64,000 nucleotides of DNA from Carcharhinus amblyrhynchos (Eukaryota). Below, in pieces: positions 13,501 to 25,500 of this stretch (positions within the stretch are counted from its first letter, which is position 1; every line of letters starts with the position of its first letter). The stretch lies in NCBI GenBank assembly GCA_965287045.1, contig OZ336881.1:57164001-57228000 (forward strand), in the 5' to 3' direction. The translations under genes were made by a program, and so were the position numbers. The notes below the pieces were generated by a model, which had not been told where the DNA came from, searched no databases, and saw nothing but the letters and a program-made list of their open reading frames with translations.

Positions 13501-16500
13501 TGGAGAAGAAAAACAAACAAGACACATCAGCCAACATTTTAATCAATCACTATCCAGCAACTCCTCCTGGAAACGGGCACATCTGAATAGCAACTTGACA
13601 CAGGACTGTGCTCTGGTGCAATGTTGAAAATAATTAAATCACTGGCATTCAGGGACAAATCATTAATTCCCACATAACACAAAAATGCAATTCTAATTGA
13701 TCATCTTTTTTGGCAAACTGACTGACCTCCAGTTTATCAGTAGTGGGAGAAATTCAGGAAGACAGATGCCATAAAGATCCTTAGTGCAAGGAGACTGAAA
13801 TACAGGAACAAGGAAGTTGTCTAGGGCATTGGTGAAACCACATGTGGAGCATTGTGTGTAGTTTTGGTTTCCATATTTAAGGAAAGATATAGTAGCATTG
13901 GAGGCTGTACAGCAAAGGCTCACAAGAGTAGTTCCTGAGGATTTTGTGTACAGTTGTCCAAAGTAATGGAAGGCTTCTAAATTTTAAGTTTTTTGATGGT
14001 GGTGAGGAAATTCAATTCAATGCATGTATTCTGCATTTGGCAGGGATCTCCATCAAAAATTCAATGCAGGATCAATAGGAGGTAATTAATTATTAACTTT
14101 TCACTTGTCCAGGCCACTAAATTCATAGCAGGTGAGGAGTCTTCTTACTCTTTATATAGGACAATATATTTCCTCAATAACATTCACAGAATTGATTCCA
14201 TTTCAATGGGACAAAATATGTAATAAACACCAATTCTGAAAGAAACATTTGGATTGGTACACCATGATAAAATTAGACACTGATTGTTAAGGGATCAGTG
14301 AATTGATACAAGTATTAAAAGGCTTTCAATTCTATTTAACAACAAACTTTTTGGCCAGCTGGTTGGTTCAAAATAATTATTTTCGCATTAGCTAAATAAA
14401 TTGACAAAGCTCAATAAAAAGATATTTGTTCAAGGGAACTGATCGTGGTACAAAAGAGAGTTCTCCACTGCCAGGTCACCAGTGCCACTTAGGGTTCAGA
14501 CTGTGACAAGAGTCAGTCAATCAAGGCACCTTAATCCAGCAAACTGGACAGAGCTAGGAAAATGAAATTTTCACTGTTAAATTGAGTCTCATGGCAAAGC
14601 AGTGGAGAGGATACCAGCTAATTTTACTATGGGATAAGTCGGGATCTGAATCTCACTCCTGGAAATAGCAACTGTGCACGCTTAGATGCGTCTCTAACAA
14701 ATTCTGGTCTTGGATAGATTTATTAACCATCTGCCAACTCAAACGTTGAATAATTGCAGAAGATATCCATTTCCTCAAACATATAATGCAGTCATCTATA
14801 AACATTGAGCTGACTACAAAGGTGAAAGGACATAATGGATACATAATTAACTCAATAAATAATCCAGCATTTAAATGTGAATAGTCCAATCTGCTTTATT
14901 AACTCATCTCTGCTTTCATCACTGATCCTCCGTTAGTGAGGATCAAAGATCCTGGGAATTCGATCAATCTAAAATACAGCTACATTTTTATATGTTGCAT
15001 ATAGTTACTGTAAATGGATAATATCGCAGCACTGACACTTAAATAGCTTGGCATGGGATCAAAACAATAAATCCAGTTAAAGGAAACAAAACAAGCAATG
15101 TTGTGTAAGTGTTATAGTGGAACAAACGCACATCATTGAGTGAAACAACATATATATCAAGCAATCTGATGAAAACTTGGTATAGATTTATCACAAATAC
15201 AAATTTTCCTTTAGTATTCTAATCTTTTGCTTTCTCACTATTGTTTTATAAATAACGAGGGAAAAAAAAACCAAAACATGACCTTTGGCGAACTGATGTA
15301 CCATCTACAAGATGAACACAATGGTGCCACTGTGTGTGGTGGTGGAGGAAGTAAATGTTTAAGATGGTGGATGGGGTGCCAATCAAACAGGCTGCTTTGT
15401 CCTGGGTGGTGTCAAGTTTCTGAATATTATTGCAGTCGCACTCATCCAGGCAACTGGAAAGGATTCCATTACACTCCTGACTTGTGCCTTGTATATGGTG
15501 GACAGACTTTGGGGAGTCTGGAAATGAGCTACTCTCTGTAGTACTCCCAGTCTCTCATCCACTCCCATAGGCAAAGAATTTACATGGCAGTTCCAGTTCA
15601 GTCTCTAAATCAATGGCAGTGGGGGATTCAGCACTGATAATGTCAAGGGGTAATGCTTAGATTCTCTCCAGCTGAAGATGGTCATTGCATTGCCTGGCAC
15701 TTCTGTGGTGTGAATGTTACCTGCCACTTACCAGCCCAAGCTGAAAATTGTTCAGGTCTTGTTGCATACGGATGCAGACTACTTCCGTATCTGAGAAGTC
15801 ACGAATAGTGTGAATTATTGTGCAGTCATCAGTGAACACCCCTGCTTCTGACCTCATTGATGAAGCAGCTCAAGATGTTTGGCCTAGGACACTACGCTGA
15901 GGAACTCCTGCAGCAATGCCCCAAAGACCAAGGTAACTGACCTCCAACAACCATGAGCAATTTCCTTTGTGTTAGGTATGACTAACCAGTGGAGAATTTT
16001 CCATGATTCTAACTGATTTCAGTTTTGCATGGTCTCCTCAATGTCACATTTGTTGAAATGCTGCCTTGTTTCCAAGGGAGTCACTCTCACCTCAAGTTCA
16101 ACTCTTTACAGCCTTGAACCAAACTTGCAGTAATGAGGTCCGGAGTTGAATGGTCCTGGCGAAATTCAAACTGAGCATCAGTGAGTAGGTTATTGTTCAT
16201 GATGCACTCACTTCTGGAAATGGTAACAATGTGTGCCATAGATGTCCTCTAACCATTTCTGATCTTACACACATTCAATAACCATCTATCAACTCAAACT
16301 TTGAATAATTGTAGAAGATATCCAATTCTTCAATCTCAAACATATCTGAACAGTACGGTGGCACAGTGGATAGCACTGCTGCCTCTCAGTGCCAGGGACC
16401 TGGGTTCAATTCTAGCCTTGTGTCACTGTGTGTGTGGAGTTTGCATGTTCTCCCTGTGTCTGCGTGGGTTTCCTCCAGGTGCTCTGGTTTCCTCCCACAG

Positions 16501-19500
16501 TCTAAAGATGAGTAGGTTCGATTGATTGGCCATGCTAAAAAAGACCCTACTGTCAGGGGATTAGCAGGGTTACGGGAATGAGACCTGGGTAGGTTTGTGG
16601 TTGGTGCAGACTCAATGGGCCGAATGGCTTCCTTCTGCAATGTAGGAATTCTATGATTCTATATAATACAGCCATCTATAAACTTTTCATTAAACCAGGG
16701 TTGATCCCTTACGAGTTGCAGTTAAATACCGTGCTTCTGTTGGTGGTGGTCCACTGTGCCTCTTGGATGCCCAGCTTTGTGTTGCTGAATTTGTTCAAAA
16801 TTTATCTATTTAGCACAGTGATAATGCCACATAACACTATGAAGGGTATCCGCAATGCAACGGCAGGACTTAGCTTCTACAATGACTGTGCGGTGGTCAC
16901 TCCTACCAATAGTGTCATGGACATGTACATGTACTACAGATAGATTGGTGAGGATGAGGTCAAGAAGGTTTTCCCTCTTGTGGATATCTCACCACTGGCC
17001 CTATCTAGCAGGTATGTCCTTTAAGACTCAGCTTGGTCAGTAGTGGTACTAACAACCTACTCCTATGATGGATATAGATGGATATATGGATATGCTGTGC
17101 CCTTGCCACCCTCAGTACTTCTTCCAATTGGTGTTCAAAATGGAGGAGTATTGATTCATCAGCTGACAAAGCAAGTGGTCCATGTAGTTCCATTCCTTTT
17201 TGACTTTTCTGTGCAGGTTTGATACAACTGAGTGGCTTGCTAGGCCTCAGTGGATTCAGAGGGCAATTAAGAGTCACATTGCTGTAAGTCTGGAGTCATA
17301 TGTAGGCCAGATCTGGTAAGGCTGGCACATTTCCTTCCCCAAAGGACATTAGTGAACCAGAACGACAATGGTTTCATGGTCACTGTTAGACTAGCTTTTA
17401 ATTCCAGATGCCATGGCAAGATTTGAACAGATGCTCCCAGAGCCTTTGGATTGCTAGCCCAGTGACATGGCCAGCATCCTCTCTGTTATTAAAGACTAAA
17501 CAGATTGTTTAATTTCAGTCATTCAAACAGAAAATGCTGAAAATACTTCACAGTATTGACTGGCCCAGTGAGCGTTTGATGTTTTTCTTTTCTGATTTCC
17601 AGCATCACAGTATTTTGCCTTTTGTACATTTTCAAGTGTCCTGCCTTCTTTTTAAATAAGATGTACCTTCTCCTATTAACTGTCATATATATTAATCAAC
17701 TAAGAAATGCTCAGTTTGAAAATAACTTGGCAGTGTGTCTTAAAACCTAATCATCATTTGCTCTTTAGATTATTACTTACCATTCTCTCTGCCTCTATTT
17801 CTGCGAGGCGGGTCCTGTGCTTTCGACCTAATCGCAAGACCTTTTTCCAAGTGTAGTAGTACTCAACACATTGTGCTACCGTCTTTGACTTAACCTGTAT
17901 TAAAATAATCAGATCAATAAATGTTGCATTACAAATCAGAATTCCATTTTCATACATTTGATTATTAACATATACATTAAACTTTTTAACAGAGCATATT
18001 TACAACTGTAGGAATAAGTTGCAGGTGTATGTTACATATTGTTCTATACACAAGTAGAAATATATCTCAGACTAGTCAGGGAGGTTGACTAATAGACACT
18101 TCATATCCTCCATCTGGTTTTCCTTCCAGCAATACATTTTTGTCAAAGAGAGAGTGGACCCACAATACCACAGCAGTACATTCCTACATCCATAACTAAC
18201 AGTTGATGTTTTACACCACTTCGGCAGCACAAGAATTTACATTCTTTCCTTTCATCTCAGAAGTGCCTTTCATTTTAAAAAGGATTTGTTTAAAGGCACT
18301 ATATAACAGCAAGTGGGAATAGTTCAGCAGAGGATGCTGGGAATCCGAACTCCAATTAGAAAATTCTGGGAACATCCAGTAGATCTGGCAATATCTGAGA
18401 GAGGGAAACAAGAGTTAACATTTCAGGTCCATCACCTGTCATTCAGACTGGGGAAACTGGAAATGTAATATGTTTGAGCAAGGGAAGGGGAAGGGGAAGG
18501 GTGAGAGAAAGAATAAAAGCAAAAATCTGGGATGGATGGAAAGCAGGAGAGTAAATGGAAACATGCTTCATGATACTAAACCAAGGGGACAAGAAATAAA
18601 AGATGTGTCTTGAAGGGGTATGAATAGCAGAATGATGATCAGTGATGCCCTGAAAGCAAAGTAGTCTGTAAAATGTTTAATCAAGTGCAAATCTAATTTC
18701 TGAGAACAGAAATGCAAAATTAAATGAAATAATGGGGACAATTCTCCCAAAAAAATCTTAAGTGCTGAATTCGTATAAAAACTGGAATAACTCGCGCTGT
18801 ATTTTTTAAAGCAGGATTTTCAAAATGGATCTCCCACACTTTGTGCATCAGAGTGCCCTAGCAAGATTCACATTGAAAATCATGGTATGGGGCCTATGGA
18901 CAATAGCGTTGAATAGGCCACTGTGCATGTGCCAATCGGTCAAAGCGGAGATCGGCGCATGCACAGTGCCACATTCTCCCGCGCCCCACCCTCCCCCCCC
19001 CTATTTACTAAGGTATCAGATGCATATTATCATCTCACACTACAGGCCACCTATGGCAAAATAAGTGAGCTGAAGAGTGCAAGAAAACATCGAATTAATA
19101 ATGTGCATCACAGGACATCCTGGTCCTATGAGATCTGGGCCATACTGTATATTTGCAATTGATTTTTTAAGAATAATGGCTTCAATACATCTTTGTCATT
19201 CTTTAAATATAGCGTTGAACAGTCTCTAAAGCATTTCTCTTACCATTTTCTGAACCAGGAAAAAGTCCTTATTATGTATACTGAGAGCTTTGTTGAATAG
19301 TTTCTTCTCCATTGTTGTCCACTTGTCAGAGCCTATGAAATGGGGATAGAATTTTTAATACAAAGTTTTTTTGGCTGAGATTTATTACCCTTTAGCGTTC
19401 CACCATTTGTGTTCTCTTTATGACCATATAGCTTTGGCAATCATAACTGGAGACAGACTGTCAGAAGGGTTGGGACATTGACCACTGCCTTGGTTGCTCT

Positions 19501-22500
19501 TCTTCCAGCTGCTTTGGAGTATGTGACTGGTGCCAACAACTACCTCCATGGATTTTCCTCTATCCTCCCAGCTCCAATTGTCCACTCTATCTCCATGGAC
19601 AGAAATGTGAATGGGGAATCAAATAAAGAATTTGCTAGTTGCTAGTATTGCACATCTCTGTTCATCTCATAAGTCTAACTGCTTGGATGCTTACATATAG
19701 CATTTCAGGGCCCAGTGATTAGAAGCAGAGAATCCAACTATCAAACTATCTAGGGAATTTTTCTGAAAGTTTTTTTTACAATGTATTAATGGGTTAGGCA
19801 TTTTATATGTTGAGCCTGGATATCAAATGCTGTTCCATCAACATTGATGGCCATACTACATCCCATGCTGGTCTGAGTCTACCAACTATGATGTGGAGAT
19901 GCTGCTGTTGAATTTGGATAAGCACAGTAAGAAGTCTCACAACACCAAGCTAAAGTCCAGAATGTTTATTTAGTAGGACAAGCCATAAGCTTTCACAGTG
20001 TTGCTCCTTCATCAGATGAGGGCACTTACCTGTGTTGTGTTGACTTCTTACTGTGTCTACCAACTACAGTAGCAAATTTTGTATTTGGAAATATTTTTAC
20101 TATAAACGTATATTCATTGGAATCCCGTCACCTAATCAAAGTCTTTCCATTGCAAGCTTGACTTAGTTGGTTGCAATTAGCAACCACACAGTACTGCATC
20201 CAGAGAACCATGACCAACTCAGGATCTCAGAGCAATACAAGAAAATTACTGCAGATTCTGGAAATCTAGAATGAAAAACAGAAAATGCTAGGAATACTCA
20301 GAAGATCAGGTGGCATCTGTGAAAAGAGAACCAGAGTTTAATGTTTCAGGTCTCTGGACTTCCTGATGAAATGTTAATGCTTTAAAGTTTCTCCTTATTT
20401 ATTCTATCAAAATCTTTCATGATTTTGAACATCTCTATTAAATCTCTCCTTAAACTGTTTAAGTCTAAGGTGAGCAATCCCATCTTCCACAACACCAATA
20501 AGTAACTGAAGTCCTCTGCTTCTGGTACTATATGAGTAAATTCTCTGGACCTTCTCTAAAGGTCATTACATCTTTCCTAAAGTGTATCCAAAATGGGGTA
20601 CAATACTCCAGTTGGGGATAACCAATGATTTGTAAATTTAGTGTGACTTTTGCACTCTTTTTTAAAAAAGCACATTGGATCCTTGGCATAAAGGAAACAC
20701 CTCATCAACTTTTCCTGCCACTTTCAAAGATAAGGACTTAAACCTCCAGGGTTCTCTTTCTTGCATTTCCTTTTAAATTGTTTGTTTTGGTTATGTTGTC
20801 CCTCCTAAAAAATGGATTACTTTATGCTTCTATGAGTTAAATTTGATGTGGCCGGTGCCTGTTCACTTCACAAGACTGTCTATGTGCTTTTGAAATCTGT
20901 TACTATTCTCCTCACTTTTTACTACATTTCAGAGTTTTGTGTCATCTGAAACCATTCAAATTGTGCCCTGTATACTAAAGTCCAGATCAACAATGTCAAT
21001 AATAAATAGCAAAAATAGCAGAAGTCCTAACTCTAACCACTGTACAATATAGGGGAAACTTCCTTCTGTGTGAAAAACAGCTATTCATCACAAATCTTTG
21101 CTGTCCATCCCTTAAGTCAATTTTGTGACCACAATGTGACTGTCATTTTAATTCTATGGGCTTCAATTTTGCTAACAAGTCTATTAAGTTGTACTTTATT
21201 AAATACCTCTTAAAAGTGATTATACGCAACATCAACTGCACAACCTTCAACAATCCTCTGCTAATTCAAATAACTCAATTATGTTAGTCTATCACAATTG
21301 CCTTTAAGAAAACTATGCTGTCATTTATTAATCCCTATTTTTCAAGTGACACTGTTGCCTTGAAGTTTGCTGGGTTTATTTTTTTTCACAACAGGTGTGT
21401 GAAAATTGCAGTTCTCCAGTGCTCTGCCATCATTTCAATTTTTAAGGGTGATTGGAAGATTATGGCCAGAATCTCAGCTATCTTATTTCCCACAGTAGCC
21501 AATCTGGACTGGGTGAATATTGTACCCTGTAGCACCGGTGAAATTCCCAGCATACTAACTTAAATGCTCAAAATCAAAATTAAATAATAAACTTAGGGAG
21601 AGAGAAAAACAGATAGTGTTTTTAATTTCATTGCACAGAAAAATTGGCTTAATCAATCCAATACACAACATTTAAAACCATCTCTTTTTTGCAGAAAAGG
21701 TTTATCTAATTTATTTTAATAAGTAAAACTTCCAACTGAGAAGGATTTCAGCACGTGGGTTTGCGGAAGGAGACACGTACGGTGATTTTGAACAAAATCT
21801 ACTAAAGTAAAGGTTCAGTGCACTAAGATCTATTTCTACCTACTGAGGTTACACTATAACAATCATTAAATATAAAATTAGACTTTTGATGTATTAATAT
21901 TTTCTAGGGCATGACTGTTACATTACTGGTAACATGATATATCGATCTGTTCACAGCAGGGTTGCTTAAATTCCTCTTGATACGACTAAGTTCCCAGAAC
22001 ATCACTTTTCACATTAAGATAGGGCAAACTGACACCAGCTTCACAATCTCTCAGGGTGACTGTTGTTTGGAAATGTTATACAATGATTTCCTGTCTGCTG
22101 CTTCACTGGTTGGGATTGCAGGATCTGTGAACAATGACAACATAGCAGATAACACTGTGTACTAGTGACCATTCAGTTCCACATTCTGGCAGTCCAATAG
22201 TACAATAGATTAAATTGTCTTTACGACTGAAGGGAGAAGAGAGAGAAAAAGTGTGAATGCGCAGAAATTGATTTCAGGTCATAGCACAAGGAGACTGCAC
22301 AGCACTGCTATAGGATGGAATATCGGAAGATTCGTGAAGCACCTGTACCTTAATGAGGATAAAAGGGTCAAAAAGTAAAACAGTTGAAGAACCAAGTTTT
22401 AGTCCTTTAATTTTTATGACCCAGCAGACTGTAGGTGGCACAGTGGCTAGCACTGCTGCTTCACAGCGCCAGGGACCCAGGTTCGATTCCCAGCTTGGAT

Positions 22501-25500
22501 CACTGTCTGTACAGAGTTTGCACATTCTCCCTGTGTCTGCGTGGGTTTTCTCCAGGTGCTCCAATTTCCTCCCACAGTCCAAAGATGTGCAGATTAGGTA
22601 AATTGGACATGCTAAATTCACCCTCAGTGTACCCAAACAGGAGGCGGAGTGGGGCAACTAGGGGATTTTCACAATAACTTCATTGCAGTGTTAATGTAAG
22701 ACTACTTGTGACTAATAAGTTAATAAGCTTTAAACTTTAGCAGGTGATCAAATGATACTGGCCATTCCATACTTCCATCCAAGACAAATTTACATACTAA
22801 GAAGAAAAACCTGAGACACAGATCGCTAATGCTTCTTCTGAAATAACAATTAGATTTTGATACTAATTAATTACTCCTGTGTTAGTAGTTAAACAAGATA
22901 AATATGTAATTTCCCAATGTGTGACTTAGACAAGGTGAATGTTATCATTACTGGAGATGGCAAAAGCAAGAATGAGCATGTGAGGTTTCCTATTCTGATA
23001 CATTTGTGAAAGTGTAAATGAGTTAAAATTAAGCACAAAATGGAGCACTTTCATCCTTCTAACTGAGAGAAATGGGAAGTACAGAATAGTCACAGTTGGT
23101 TCATCATCTCAGCAATGTCTTGACATCAAAGAAAGTATCACCCAAACAGCATGGGGGTGCCGCACCAAATTTGGAATGGTCACTGAATGAATGAATTTCG
23201 TAATCGTATCATTATTTATCAAGAGAGGTCTCAAAGTGAGCCAAGCTGCTGCAGGTTGAAATTCAAGCGTAAGCCTACTAACATCACACTATAAATTCTT
23301 ATGATACCTTAATGTGATCAAACGCAGCCAGGCTCAATTGAAAACAATGAATAGGAACACAATTAAGTCCGTTTGGTTTGAAACACTAGTAGCCAAAGTA
23401 ATCTTTCAAATACAAACACTACTTTTCCCTCTTCTCATTAACTCTCTGCTCCCCAGCTTGACCCACCAATGAATATGATTTCACTGGGTACCAGTCATCC
23501 TCCTTGTCCAACTGCCCATTATTCACACAAGGATCCTTGGTTGTGAAATGATAAACTATTCACTTATAGGGAATCATTGCAGAGCCAAATCCTGTCCTTA
23601 TCCAATGACAATGCCTGCACTTCCTGCAAGGTTCACTGGATGCAGATCAGGAAAGGAATTCTTAACCTAAAACTGTTAATGCCAATTTTCTCAACACCAC
23701 TGGATAAAACAAGGAAATAATTAAATATTTCATTGCAAAGAAAATTATCTTTTTATTTTAATGCCAACAATAAACAGGATGATAAAAACTCTTATTTTCA
23801 TTTTGGTTTGGATTTGAGCATCAGTGGATAACCCAATATTTTTTGCCCATCCCAAACTGCCCTTGCGAAGGTGACAGTGAGCTACCTTTATGAACCGTTG
23901 CAGTCTAAAGAATAGATAGAAAATAAAAACTGAAGTTACTTGTTTGAAAAAATGTCACAGTTTGCATGAAATAGAATTTCATAATGAGAAATTACAAAGA
24001 GCTTTAATGTTGCAGACATTACAGCAAAAAAAAGCTAAAATGTATAGAGTGGTACTTGTTTTATTGCAACTAACAGGTTATCAGACAATTCTGACATATA
24101 CCGCTGTTAAGTTTAATTACTACACAAACAAATTACTGGTGCCATTTAAGCGGAATAATCCGTCGTCTGTAACCAAATCATTTTCAGAACCAAATAAAGA
24201 AATTTATATTTTATTCTAATATAATTACATTCCAGTTTAATTTGCAGCAGCTGAACCATAACTGGATATAGTATATAGGTTTCCTTTAAATGGAACTACA
24301 TTACCCTGGCAACTGAAAATGAGACAAAGCCAATCAACAGATTTCTCAACAGAAAAGCAGAAAATACTCAAGGAAAGAGAAGGAGTTAATGTTTCAGGTC
24401 GAGGACCTTGCATCATGGCCCGATTTTCCACCCTTGTTGCATCAAGGACAAATCTTGTAACTTCTTCCTGCTGCGGTAATCATCAATCTGTTCCTTCTTG
24501 GTTTCAATAATATTAAAATTCACTTGTGATGAAACTCAAAGACATACCTTAATCTGAAATCAGAGTTCAGGACCTCCAGTTTCCAATGAGCCTTGGAACT
24601 TCTACGCATGTGCCAGCTGGGAAATGGCCGTACTTGCACAGTTCATTGATTTTACCTTCTTCAGGCTGGGAACTGGTCCTCCACGACGATGCAGAAGCAA
24701 GGGAGGGCAAACAGCACAAAAAGCAGGTCAAATGACCTGACCTGGACTGCCATAGTGTCCGGTGGAGCAGAACACAGGGAGAAGTCCCTGAAGGAAGACC
24801 CAGGTAAATCGATCAACAAAAGGTCCCGTTAAGTTAAGCGAAAAGAAAGAGCTTATTATTAGGCCCTAAATTAAAGAGTTGTCGTGAGCAGACTTAAAAT
24901 GAAGTGGGTTTCAGAGTAGCCCTGAAGATCTGAGACAGTTGAAAATTAACCATGATTGCAGACTGCTGGGGCAAAGGTGTTACTGGAATACTTCAGGGAA
25001 TGCATTTGTTCGACAGTTGAAAAAACAGTAAATTTAGAATAAGATTTTATGTCTCTGGGGGAGACAAGAATTGGGCAAGAAGCATCATGTGAATGCTCAA
25101 AACTTACTGGAAGAAAACTGTTTGCAACTGTCCCAAGCAAGAAAACTGTGCATCAAGCAAGAGCTAATTCTTCTCCAGTTCATGTTTCTGTAAAGATGAT
25201 GATGATGATGAAGATGTTTTTGCTATAGAAGGAGTACAGCAAAGATCGATCAGGCTGATTCCTGGGATGGCAGGTCTGTCACATGAGGAGAGACTAAGTC
25301 GGCTAGGATTGTAATCATCGGAGTTTAGAAAAGTGAGAGGGGATCTCGTAGAAACTTATAAAATTCTAACAGGGTTAGACAAGGTAGATTCAGAAAGAAT
25401 GTTCCCGATGGTGGGGGAGTCCAAGAACTAGGGATCATAGTTAGAGCAATGGAGTGAACAAGATCAGAGAATCTCGCCCAATACATTCACATGTTGTAAG

